A DNA stretch of 47,475 nucleotides from Minisyncoccota bacterium (GCA_041663885.1 JBAYLX010000001.1:1-47475); one strand, 5' to 3'; positions 27,391 through 35,962 are shown, counted from the first letter of the stretch. Notes: a model not told the origin generated them from the sequence alone. Program-made: numbers and translations.

Positions 27391-28752
27391 ATGAAACCAA
27401 ACAACATTATAATTTCAATTTTACTGGCAACGCTGATCGTATCGGGGAAATATATGTTGGCGGTGGCAGAGACCGCGGGCAGCACCGAAACCGGCGAATG
27501 CACGACCAAGGAAAGCTGCCAGGCGCTTCTTGGCAAATACGAATCCTTATTGAAGCAATACGATACCGATATCAGCAAGACCGCGGGGGAAAAAAAGACC
27601 TTGCAGAACCAGATTGCCGCCTTGAAGAAAAAAACCGATTCGCTGTCCGTTCAGATCAAGCAAAGCAACGCGATGATCGGCGACCTGAAGTTGCAAATCA
27701 GCGACACCGAAGATTCGGTGGAAAACACGGAGAAAAAAATTGCCGATTCCCAGCGGCATTTGGCGACGATCGTGCGCGCGATCGACGAAGCTGACCAAAC
27801 TCCGTTGATTGAAGCTCTTTTGGTCGAGGAAAAGCTCTCGGATTTTTTCAATGATTTGGTTTATCTCGAGAACTTGAACGACAAATCCAACCAGATATTG
27901 CAGGATATAAAAAATTTGAAGCTGTCATTGGAAGATCAAAAAGTCGGGTTGGAAGGCGAAAAAGGCGATTTGGAAAAAACGACTCAAATGAAACTGCTGC
28001 AAAAGCAGGAGCATGAGCAAGCCCAGGCCGAATATAATAAAACGATAAAAGTTAAAGACGCGGAATTGGCGCAAACGACGAAGGCCAAGCAGCTTACCGC
28101 GGCGGTGATCCAAAAAATCAAGGAAAGGATGTTCGCGCTGGCCGGCATTGCCGATACTGACGCGCCGAATTTCGAGCAGGCCTATCAAATGGCCAAGCGT
28201 GCCGCCAATGTCACTGGCGTGCGCCCGGCGTTTTTGCTGGCGATATTGACGCAGGAATCGAATCTGGGGCAAAATGTGGGGCAATGCTATTTGACGAATA
28301 CAACCACGGGCGCGGGAGTTAAAATCAAAACCGGCGCGCCGCTGGGACGGGTGATGAAGCCGGGCGCGAATATCACCAATTTCATTTCCATTACCAGCGA
28401 ACTGGGCAAGGATTATAAAAAGACCGCGGTTTCCTGCCCGATGAGTTTTGGCTACGGCGGAGCGATGGGCCCGGGCCAATTCATTCCCTCGACCTGGGTT
28501 AGCTACCGCGAGCGGGTTAAGGCGATCGTGGGCCATCCGGCGAATCCTTGGAACATCGCGGACGCATTTATGGCCACGGCGCTCTACGTGGGCGATTATG
28601 GCGCCAAATTGCAGACTCGCGACGGCGAATGGAAAGCGGCAATGATCTATTTCGCCGGTACGGTTAATAAGAAATACAGCTTCTACGGCAACAGCGCCCT
28701 CAAGATCGCCGACGGCTACGCGGACGATATCGCCGCGATCGAGGGGAAGTAA
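27391..28752 (+). CDS. Secreted coiled-coil protein with a C-terminal lytic transglycosylase (SLT_2/MltB-like) domain
   Basis: It has a signal/TM N-terminus and a long heptad-rich region. The C-terminus reads LLAILTQESNLGQNVGQCY...GGAMGPGQFIPSTWVSY...NPWNIADAFMATALYV. Confidence 0.7.
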   Translation: MKPNNIIISILLATLIVSGKYMLAVAETAGSTETGECTTKESCQALLGKYESLLKQYDTDISKTAGEKKTLQNQIAALKKKTDSLSVQIKQSNAMIGDLKLQISDTEDSVENTEKKIADSQRHLATIVRAIDEADQTPLIEALLVEEKLSDFFNDLVYLENLNDKSNQILQDIKNLKLSLEDQKVGLEGEKGDLEKTTQMKLLQKQEHEQAQAEYNKTIKVKDAELAQTTKAKQLTAAVIQKIKERMFALAGIADTDAPNFEQAYQMAKRAANVTGVRPAFLLAILTQESNLGQNVGQCYLTNTTTGAGVKIKTGAPLGRVMKPGANITNFISITSELGKDYKKTAVSCPMSFGYGGAMGPGQFIPSTWVSYRERVKAIVGHPANPWNIADAFMATALYVGDYGAKLQTRDGEWKAAMIYFAGTVNKKYSFYGNSALKIADGYADDIAAIEGK

Positions 28753-28772
28753 TCAAGCAAAAATACAAAAAA

Positions 28773-28928
28773 GCGGATTTAAGAACCAGTCTCTGTATTT
28801 TGAGAGGCTGGTTCTTGAATCCGCGGTTAAAATCTGTAACTCCCTGAGGTCTTGCCTCAGGGTTACAGATTTCGAGGATTCCAAAGGGGTGCCCCCTTTG
28901 GTTGATTTGCAGGGTTAACGCCCTGCAA
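28773..28928 (+). other. Cluster of four consecutive strong hairpins (possible structured RNA or multi-terminator)
   Basis: Hairpin 1, 28773-28824, has a 21-bp stem with 2 G-U wobbles on + strand RNA. Hairpin 2, 28831-28871, has a 17-bp stem with a 2-nt bulge. Hairpin 3, 28881-28901, is CCAAAGGGG/CCCCTTTGG. Hairpin 4, 28907-28928, is TTGCAGGG/CCCTGCAA. Confidence 0.55.
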
Positions 28929-29099
28929 TGTCGAAATACATTCGGAAAATATAATTTTTACTAAGCGTTGGCGTTAATATTGCGTTTTTTTGCAAATATG
29001 CAAAAATAAATAAGTCGCAACAATGATAACGCTTTACAAAGGCGTTAAAACGCTTCTTTTTTTATCGAAACCCAAGTTTTCGGAGGTTTTGGGCAAAAA

Positions 29100-29170
29100 G
29101 GGGCGACGGTTCCAATTTGCTTAACCGTTTGGTAAGCGTTATCATTGGGCGACAACCGTCGTCCCTTTTT
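29100..29170 (+). promoter_or_regulatory. Long nested stem-loop ending in a T-tract, immediately upstream of the Bro-N gene
   Basis: GGGGCGACGGTT ... AACCGTCGTCCC form the outer stem, with inner stems CCAAT/ATTGG and GCTTA(A)CC/GGTAAGC. TTTTT follows at 29166-29170. Confidence 0.45.
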
Positions 29171-29218
29171 GGTATTTTTAACCATTTGCGTGGTTCTAAC
29201 CCACGCAATAAAAAAAAT

Positions 29219-30067
29219 ATGGAGGAAAACAATAAATTGATTGTTCTTTTCGATAATGAGCCGGTGCGCCGCGCGTGGAGCCAAAAAGATGAAAAATGGT
29301 ATTTTAGCGTTGTGGATATTGTTAAAGTTTTGGCTCAAAATGATCGCCCGCGAAAATATTGGGACGATCTTAAAAGAAAACTTAAACTGGAAGGAAGTGA
29401 GTTGTCCGATAAAATCGGACAACTGAAATTATTGTCCAGTGATGGAAAGAAGTATTTAACAGATGTGGCCGATGTTGAGGCGGTTTTGCGCATAATTCAG
29501 TCGATTCCCTCGCCAAAAGCCGAACCGTTTAAGCTGTGGCTGGCAAAGGTGGGTTATGAAAGAATGCAGGAAACTGTTGATCCGGAATTGGCAATGGCGC
29601 GGGCAAGAAAAAACTGGCAAATGCGCGGCCAGAGCGATAAATGGATACAACAGAGAATGTTGAGTATTGAGGTAAGGAACAAACTTACCGATTATTGGGC
29701 GGATAACGGCGTTGAAAAAGTGGATGAATATGCTAAATTGACGAACATTATACATAGTGAATGGAGCGGGCTAACAGTTAAGAACCATAAAGATTTGAAA
29801 GGATTGAAACAGCAAAATTTGCGCGACCATATGACCGATGCCGAACTGATTTTCACGGCCCTGGCCGAGCTGTCAACGCGCCAGATCGCCCAAAAAGACC
29901 AAGCGCAAGGTTATGGCGAAAACAAAACCGCGGCACACAAAGGCGGCAAAATTTCCGGCAACGCCCGTAAACAATTGGAAAAACAAACCGGCAAAAAAGT
30001 AGTTACCAAAGAAAATTTTTTAAATAATCGCGAGGAAACCAAAAAAATAGCAAATAATTCAAAATAA
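29219..30067 (+). CDS. Bro-N domain / DinD-like (DNA-damage-inducible protein D family) protein
   Basis: The Bro-N pattern FDNEPVRRAW..EKWYFSVVDIVKVL....RKYWDDLK...DGKKY.TDV..VEAVLRIIQSIPSPKAEPFKLWLAKVG is present. The C-terminus is DinD-like (LKQQNLRDHMTDAEL, AAHKGGKISGNARKQLEKQTG). ATG at 29219 is preferred over TTG at 29117. Confidence 0.65.
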   Translation: MEENNKLIVLFDNEPVRRAWSQKDEKWYFSVVDIVKVLAQNDRPRKYWDDLKRKLKLEGSELSDKIGQLKLLSSDGKKYLTDVADVEAVLRIIQSIPSPKAEPFKLWLAKVGYERMQETVDPELAMARARKNWQMRGQSDKWIQQRMLSIEVRNKLTDYWADNGVEKVDEYAKLTNIIHSEWSGLTVKNHKDLKGLKQQNLRDHMTDAELIFTALAELSTRQIAQKDQAQGYGENKTAAHKGGKISGNARKQLEKQTGKKVVTKENFLNNREETKKIANNSK

Positions 30068-30090
30068 AGCCAATCAATTTTATAAAAATT

Positions 30091-30120
30091 ATGTAAATTT
30101 AGCCATGGCTAAAAATACAT
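30091..30120. promoter_or_regulatory. Operator-like palindrome in the cas12a upstream region
   Basis: A perfect 16-bp palindrome TTTAGCCATGGCTAAA lies at 30098-30113. It sits inside the 30-bp quasi-palindrome ATGTAAATTTAGCC|GGCTAAAAATACAT, 20 nt upstream of the cas12a ATG. Confidence 0.4.
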
Positions 30121-30132
30121 AATTAAAAAAAT

Positions 30133-33100
30133 ATGGGAAACGAAAAAACATTCAAAAGTTTTGAAGATTTTACGAATTTGTACGAGGTGCAGAAAACTTT
30201 GCGGTTTGAATTGAAGCCAATCGGGAAAACTCAAGAGTTAATTGAGGCTAATAAAGTGTTGGAGAAGGATAAGCTTATTGATGATAATTATCATAAAATT
30301 AAGTATTATTTGGATTTATTGCATAAAAAATTTATAAAAGAGGCGCTTTCTGATATTAGTTTTGATTTGAAAGATTATTATAAAGCTTCTCAAGTCTTGG
30401 ATAAAAAAGATAAAAAAACAAGAGATACTTTGAGAATTGAAGAAAATAAATTGAGAGATATTTTGGCGGTCAAGTATGATCTGAAGGCAAACGAATGGAA
30501 GGAGAAATATAAGGCAAATTTTGATTTGAAAAAAGAAGGGATTGAGATTTTGTTTGAAAAAGACAACCTGAATATTTTGAAAGCAGAATTTCTCGTTAAA
30601 CCGACAAATGATTCAAGCGCGCCGGATATTGAATATTTGGAACCATTAACTGCGGAGAAAGTAAACCTTTTTGATAGTTTTAAGGGGTTCACCACTTATT
30701 TTTCAGGGTTTAATCAAACTCGCCGAAACTTTTACAGCAAAGACGACAGTACAACTGCGGTTGCGAATCGCGTCGTTAATGAAAATTTGCGGCGGTTTTG
30801 CGAAAATATAAAACTTTTTGAAGACAAGAAAAGTAATTACAGAGAAATTGTAATCACTGATGGTGAAAGACAAATTTTTGATATTAATTCATATAATCAA
30901 TGCCTTACACAAGATGGAATTGACCGATACAACGAAGTAATCGGGCGTAAAGCAAAGGATGAAAGTGTAAAAGGATTGAATCAAAAAGTAAATGAATACC
31001 GACAGCAGACTAAGATAAAATTACCTTTCTTCAAGGAATTATATGGCCAGATTATGGGTGGAAAAGAACTGGCATTTCAGGAAGTGGTCATAGAAAGCGA
31101 TGGCAAATTGTTTGATGTATTAGAAGAATTCATTAAATTGAATGACGCTAAAATCAACGAAAGCAAGGAATTGACGAATAGTTTTTTTGAGCATAATGAA
31201 GATTTTGATGTTGAAAAAATTTATTTGAAAAGATTGGCAATCAATTCCATCAAAAAAATATTCGGCAATAGCGCGCCAATATTTGAAAATGCCCTGCCCC
31301 ATAAAGAAACCGCGAGCCGCGAAGAGAAATATAAGTTAGAAGATTTCATTTCTATTGCGCAAATAAGAGATGTTTTGTTGGGTAAGGAACTGGATTTGCC
31401 GAAAAAAATGAAACAGCTTGGCATAATCAGCCAAACAATGGTAGCTGAAGAGCTGTTTAATGGTGCGGACAAAAAATTGATTGCAGAAAATAATTATCAA
31501 ACATTTCTTAATGCGTGGCGGGAGGAGTTTGCCGCTCGCCGTAGTGATTATGAAATCGCAAAGGATGCGGCATTGGAGGTTATTGGGTCTGATAAAACAT
31601 TTTCAAAAAAAGAAAATCAGATAATAAAGATAAAAGAATATTGTGATGCCGCACTGGCGCTTTATCAAATGATGAAGCATTTTGCGCTGGAAAAAGGAAG
31701 CAAACCGGTTGCCGATATTGAAAGCGACAATGATTTTTATAAAAAAATTGATCAATATTGTTTTAACTATCCAATAATCGCCTATTATAATGCTTTTCGT
31801 AATTTTGTAACGAAAAAAGATTATTTGGGACGATTGTTGTTTCCCGGGTTTAACGGCGAGCGGCAAGAGAAAGATTTGCGGTCAAAGCGAGTTCTTGATG
31901 GAGCAGAAAAAATCAAATTGAATTTTGATATTGCCCACGATCACGATTGGGGCGGGTTAGCCATTTTATTTAGGGAAAGAAGTAGTTATTTCATAGGAAT
32001 ACCTGTAAAAGGTAAAAAAGTTAAAATTAAAACAAATGTAGCGGATTATTCTGGTGATGGTTATGAAATGATGGAATATATTCAGCTTAAATTTAAAACA
32101 TTGGTTGGAAAAGGCTATGTTAGCAAATTTGGGGCAAAGTATAGCGAGCAACCAGATTTGGTTGCTATCAAAAATGCCAAAGAATTGATTGCTGAAAAAT
32201 ACTTAAATAAATATCCGTTACTCGGGAATGTATTACATCGTAATTATGATTCAAAGAAAGAATTTGGTAATGATATCGGGGAATTGTTAGATGATTCATA
32301 TGCCCTTAAGTTTCGTGCGGTGAATAAAGATTTTGTTAATAAGTTGAATGAAGGTGGGGATTTGTATTTGTTCTCTATTGAAAGTAAAGATTTTCGCGTT
32401 GGATCAACTGGTAATTCAAATTTGCAAACGCAGTATTTTAACTATTTATTTGATGGTAAAGGTGAAATCAAGCTTAATTCTGCGGTTGAATTATATATGC
32501 GACCTCGGAATATAAATTTGCCCGTTAAAAAAGATAAACAAAATAAAGAAGTTATCGACCATAAGCGTTACGCAGAGGATAAGTATTTTTTGCACATTTC
32601 GATCATTTTAAATTTTGGAAAAGAAAAAATCGGGAATAATGGGGGCGCGATTAAGTCATTTGGAAAAAAATTTAATACCACATCTAATCAATGGTTAATT
32701 AAAAATAAAGATGTAAATATTATTGGGATTGATCGCGGCGAAAAGAATTTAGCTTATTATTCAATAATCGGGCAAGACGGAAAAATGATAGATGGAGGCA
32801 GTTTTAATGAAATTGAGGTTAAGGATCGGAATGGGAATGTTATTCGAACAGTTGATTACGCTGATCTGTTAAGAAAAAAAGCGGGCAATCGCGATGAGGC
32901 GCGGAAAAATTGGAAAACAATAGAAAATATTAAAGAGTTAAAAAATGGTTATATTTCTCAAGTTGTGCGGAAAATATGCGATTTAATTCTTGAACATAAC
33001 GCAATCGTCGTGTTTGAAGATTTGAATGTTGGTTTTAAGAGGACGCGCAGCGCCCTTGATTTTCCCATTTATCAAAAACTTGAGTTGGCATTAGTGAAAA

Positions 33101-34011
33101 AATTAAATTACTTGGTCAACAAAAATGAAAAGTTGGATATGGCCGGCCACTATTTAAAAGCTTATCAGCTGGCGCCGCTTGTCGCCAATCCAAAAGATAT
33201 TGGCAAGCAAACCGGTGTTATCTATTACACTCCTGCCGGTTATACTTCAAAAACTTGTCCGTTGTGCGGGTTTAGAAAAAATAACAATGAATTTTACTTT
33301 GAAAGTATCGAAAAGGCAAAGAAAACTCTAAGCAAATTGGAATCAATTGGTTACGATGAAGTGAAAAAAAGATTTGCAGTTACTTATTGTTTTAGCGATT
33401 TTCAAAGTGATGAAGAAAAAACAAAAGCAAAGAAACAAAAACCCAATGAGCTATATGCAAACCAGGAACGAAAAGATAAATTTACAGTTTATTCCGATGT
33501 GTTGCGTTATCGTTGGCATAATTTAAAGACGGAACGGGCTATGCAGGTAGGCTGCGGAGAGGAGATTGTGGCCGATAGCAAAACGGCAAGGGGGTTGGTT
33601 AAAAAATACGATATTAACGAATGCCTAGTTGGATTATTCGACGGTAAAATTGACTATCGCGGTTCAGATATTTTAAATGAATTGGCCAAAAAAGAATTCG
33701 ACAAGGATTTTTATAAGAATTTATTGCATTATTTGAATTTAATTCTTGAAATTCGCAATTGTATTTCTGATACAAAAATTGATTATATACAATGTCCTGT
33801 ATGCGGGTTTCATTCTGATCATCCCGCCGAAAAATTACGATTAGTAACAAATGGTGATGCTAACGGCGCTTATAATATTGCGCGTAAAGGGTTGTTGATA
33901 TTGGAGAAAATTAGGCGATTTAAGGAAGATATTGAAAAAATAGAATGGAAAGATTTATCAGTGGGGATTGAAGAATGGGATAAATTTACTCAAAAAGATA
34001 GCAAAAAATAA
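30133..34011 (+). CDS. cas12a: Type V-A CRISPR effector Cas12a (Cpf1)
   Basis: 1292 aa. The N-terminus reads FTNLYEVQKTLRFELKPIGKT. RuvC-I is IIGIDRGEKNLAY (D867), RuvC-II is IVVFEDLNVGFK (E962) and RuvC-III is GDANGAYNIARKG (D1242). The Nuc region reads LILEIRNCIS. There is no HNH domain. The gene is followed by cas4-cas1-cas2 and an array with the Cas12a-type repeat. Confidence 0.96.
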   Translation: MGNEKTFKSFEDFTNLYEVQKTLRFELKPIGKTQELIEANKVLEKDKLIDDNYHKIKYYLDLLHKKFIKEALSDISFDLKDYYKASQVLDKKDKKTRDTLRIEENKLRDILAVKYDLKANEWKEKYKANFDLKKEGIEILFEKDNLNILKAEFLVKPTNDSSAPDIEYLEPLTAEKVNLFDSFKGFTTYFSGFNQTRRNFYSKDDSTTAVANRVVNENLRRFCENIKLFEDKKSNYREIVITDGERQIFDINSYNQCLTQDGIDRYNEVIGRKAKDESVKGLNQKVNEYRQQTKIKLPFFKELYGQIMGGKELAFQEVVIESDGKLFDVLEEFIKLNDAKINESKELTNSFFEHNEDFDVEKIYLKRLAINSIKKIFGNSAPIFENALPHKETASREEKYKLEDFISIAQIRDVLLGKELDLPKKMKQLGIISQTMVAEELFNGADKKLIAENNYQTFLNAWREEFAARRSDYEIAKDAALEVIGSDKTFSKKENQIIKIKEYCDAALALYQMMKHFALEKGSKPVADIESDNDFYKKIDQYCFNYPIIAYYNAFRNFVTKKDYLGRLLFPGFNGERQEKDLRSKRVLDGAEKIKLNFDIAHDHDWGGLAILFRERSSYFIGIPVKGKKVKIKTNVADYSGDGYEMMEYIQLKFKTLVGKGYVSKFGAKYSEQPDLVAIKNAKELIAEKYLNKYPLLGNVLHRNYDSKKEFGNDIGELLDDSYALKFRAVNKDFVNKLNEGGDLYLFSIESKDFRVGSTGNSNLQTQYFNYLFDGKGEIKLNSAVELYMRPRNINLPVKKDKQNKEVIDHKRYAEDKYFLHISIILNFGKEKIGNNGGAIKSFGKKFNTTSNQWLIKNKDVNIIGIDRGEKNLAYYSIIGQDGKMIDGGSFNEIEVKDRNGNVIRTVDYADLLRKKAGNRDEARKNWKTIENIKELKNGYISQVVRKICDLILEHNAIVVFEDLNVGFKRTRSALDFPIYQKLELALVKKLNYLVNKNEKLDMAGHYLKAYQLAPLVANPKDIGKQTGVIYYTPAGYTSKTCPLCGFRKNNNEFYFESIEKAKKTLSKLESIGYDEVKKRFAVTYCFSDFQSDEEKTKAKKQKPNELYANQERKDKFTVYSDVLRYRWHNLKTERAMQVGCGEEIVADSKTARGLVKKYDINECLVGLFDGKIDYRGSDILNELAKKEFDKDFYKNLLHYLNLILEIRNCISDTKIDYIQCPVCGFHSDHPAEKLRLVTNGDANGAYNIARKGLLILEKIRRFKEDIEKIEWKDLSVGIEEWDKFTQKDSKK

Positions 34012-34550
34012 TGGAGGATTTTATTCAGATTTCAAAGTTGAATGATTTTGTGTTTTGCCCTTATTCGGTTTATTTGCATTCGGTTTATGAGAGTTTCAAT
34101 CAGAAAACTTATCATCGCACGGCGCAGACGGTGGGGAAAATCGCGCACGAGCCGGTGGATACTAAAACCTATACGACTTCGGCGCATATTTTGCAGGGAA
34201 TGGAAGTCAGTTCCGAAACTTATGGTTTGATTGGCAAAATTGACACATTTGACACAAAAAGCGGGGCGCTGGTGGAGCGGAAATTCAAGATCAAAAAGAT
34301 ATTTGATGGCTATAAATACCAGCTTTATGCGCAAATGTATTGTTTGCGGGAAATGGGATACGAGGTGAAAAGCTTGGCAATTCAGTCGCTTTCGGACAAC
34401 AAGCGGTACAAAATCCAGATGCCGGACAGGGCGGAGCTGGACAAATTTGAAAAATTGGTCAATGATATGCAAAATTACAAAGCTGAGCCGGTTAAAGATA
34501 AAAACCCGATAAAATGCGGGCAGTGCATCTATAAGCCGCTTTGCCATTAG
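34011..34550 (+). CDS. cas4: CRISPR-associated exonuclease Cas4 (RecB-fold with a 4-Cys cluster)
   Basis: An N-terminal Cys (FVFCPYSVYL) and the C-terminal CGQCIYKPLC are present. The nuclease motifs are IGKIDTF, LVERKFK and YKYQLYAQMYCL. The ATG overlaps the cas12a stop (TAATG). Confidence 0.9.
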   Translation: MEDFIQISKLNDFVFCPYSVYLHSVYESFNQKTYHRTAQTVGKIAHEPVDTKTYTTSAHILQGMEVSSETYGLIGKIDTFDTKSGALVERKFKIKKIFDGYKYQLYAQMYCLREMGYEVKSLAIQSLSDNKRYKIQMPDRAELDKFEKLVNDMQNYKAEPVKDKNPIKCGQCIYKPLCH

Positions 34551-34553
34551 GAC

Positions 34554-35504
34554 ATGTTAAGTTTGCCCGATTTTAAAGAGAAGCAGATACTCTTTGTGAG
34601 CGCCAAAGATGCCGAAATCGACAAAATCAAATTCGTTAATGACAATATTTGTTTGTCAAAAAACGGAAAGATCGAGAATCGGATTTCGTGCCACAAGGTG
34701 TTTTCGCTGTTTTTGATGGGCGATTGTTCGCTCACCAGCGTTTTGGTGAGAAATTGCCAAGATTACGGCGTGTCGATTTTCCTTCTGAAAAACAATTTTT
34801 TGAATTATGCGCAAATCGTGTCGCAGGCCGATGGCAATTATTTGTTGCGGGAAAAACAATACGCAATGAGTGCGGCGCAGGATTTGGAGGCTGCCAAAAA
34901 GCTTGTCGGCAACAAGATTTTAAACCAAATCCGCTTATTGGAAAATTCAGATGAAAAAGAAGCGGCGCTGTCTTTGGAAAAAATAAAAGCCAAAATCGGC
35001 GCGGCGTCAAACGCGAAAGATCTGCTGGGATTGGAGGGCGCGGCGGGCAAATTCTTTTTCCAAAGTTATTTCAAGAATCTTGGGTGGAAGCGGCGGATGC
35101 CGCGCGCCAAAACCGACATTCCCAACTTTTTGATGGATATCGGCTACACGATGCTTTTTAACTTCACAGAAGCGACGCTGGGAATTTATGGTTTTGACGC
35201 CTACCGCGGGTTTTACCACAAGCTATTTTTCCAGCGCAAATCATTGGCGTGCGATTTGATGGAGCCGTTTAGGTGCATTATCGACAGGCAGATTGTGAAA
35301 TCGCACAATTTGGGGCAAATTACCGTCGCCGATTTCAAATTGCGCAAGGGTGCGTATTGCATGGGGTTTGAAGAACAAAAGAAATATGTGAATATCTTTG
35401 CGGAAGCGATAATGGAGCGCAAAGAAGATATTTTTTGCTATGTTCGCGATTATTACTATTGCGTGGTTAATGCCGCTAATTTTCCCGAATTTAAGCTGAA
35501 ATAA
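34554..35504 (+). CDS. cas1: CRISPR-associated endonuclease/integrase Cas1
   Basis: 316 aa. PNFLMDIGYTMLF, GFYHK....SLACDLMEPFRCIIDR (the Cas1 His/Asp metal site) is present. The gene lies between cas4 and cas2. Confidence 0.92.
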   Translation: MLSLPDFKEKQILFVSAKDAEIDKIKFVNDNICLSKNGKIENRISCHKVFSLFLMGDCSLTSVLVRNCQDYGVSIFLLKNNFLNYAQIVSQADGNYLLREKQYAMSAAQDLEAAKKLVGNKILNQIRLLENSDEKEAALSLEKIKAKIGAASNAKDLLGLEGAAGKFFFQSYFKNLGWKRRMPRAKTDIPNFLMDIGYTMLFNFTEATLGIYGFDAYRGFYHKLFFQRKSLACDLMEPFRCIIDRQIVKSHNLGQITVADFKLRKGAYCMGFEEQKKYVNIFAEAIMERKEDIFCYVRDYYYCVVNAANFPEFKLK

Positions 35505-35505
35505 T

Positions 35506-35784
35506 ATGTTTATCGTTGCATACGATTTTGAGGATACAAGGCGGCGGAGTAAATTTTCCAAATTTTTGAAAAAATTCGGTCGGAGGTTGCAATATTCGGT
35601 TTTTGAGATAAAAAATAGCCAGCGGGTTTTGGAGAATATCGCCAAAGAGATTGATATGAAATATAAGCCGTATTTTACTAAAAACGACAGTATTGTTATA
35701 ATCTATGTATGCGAGGCGTGCAAAACGAAGGTGAAAAGATACGGATACGCCGCAAATGAAGAAAAGCCGGTTGTGTTCTTCTAA
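35506..35784 (+). CDS. cas2: CRISPR-associated endoribonuclease Cas2
   Basis: 92 aa. MFIVAYDF.D..RRSKFSKFLKKFGRRLQYSVFE shows the Cas2 ferredoxin-fold pattern. There is a 1-nt gap after cas1. Confidence 0.9.
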   Translation: MFIVAYDFEDTRRRSKFSKFLKKFGRRLQYSVFEIKNSQRVLENIAKEIDMKYKPYFTKNDSIVIIYVCEACKTKVKRYGYAANEEKPVVFF

Positions 35785-35962
35785 AATTGAATAGATACAA
35801 AACAAAAAGTAGCAAATTGGTGGAAATTGCAGTGTATCTATTAGAAATTTGAGGTTTTAAACCTTAGTCTTTATGGATTTCATCGCTCTAATTAGCTTAA
35901 AGTCGTTATTCGTAATTTTATCGATAATCGCATCTTTCAAGCTAATTAGAGCTAATCCAGCT
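35785..35962 (+). promoter_or_regulatory. CRISPR leader (AT-rich) with repeat-derived motifs
   Basis: It lies between the cas2 stop and the first repeat. An inverted degenerate repeat copy lies at ~35803-35846. A 14-bp perfect inverted repeat, GCTCTAATTAGCTT (35885-35898) / AAGCTAATTAGAGC (35939-35952), ends 10 nt before repeat 1. Confidence 0.7.

Noticed and set aside
29117-29218. N-terminal TTG/GTG extensions given by the ORF track. Examples: 29117 for Bro-N, 27337 for the transglycosylase, 8536 for nuoF-like, 13761 for gap, 14938 for acs, 3559, 12014, 23882, 26125 and 44885.
   Set aside because: The extensions cover terminator hairpins or palindromic intergenic elements, and add residues absent from the family N-termini. 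The internal ATG starts give canonical N-termini.
34032-34547. 171-aa - strand ORF antisense to cas4. The same applies to many similar antisense or off-frame ORFs inside cas1, acs, hydA, clp, ppsA and the lytic transglycosylase gene.
   Set aside because: Each lies fully within a well-supported coding region on the other strand or in another frame. Their compositions are biased (Arg/Pro/Ser-rich or Ile/Phe-rich), as is typical of shadow frames.
35803-35846. Calling the antisense repeat-like leader segment a tracrRNA gene
   Set aside because: Type V-A systems are established to work without tracrRNA. The segment is degenerate (indels plus an ~11-nt insertion). It lies on the same strand and upstream of the array with no separate promoter or terminator visible. 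It is reported only as an observation.
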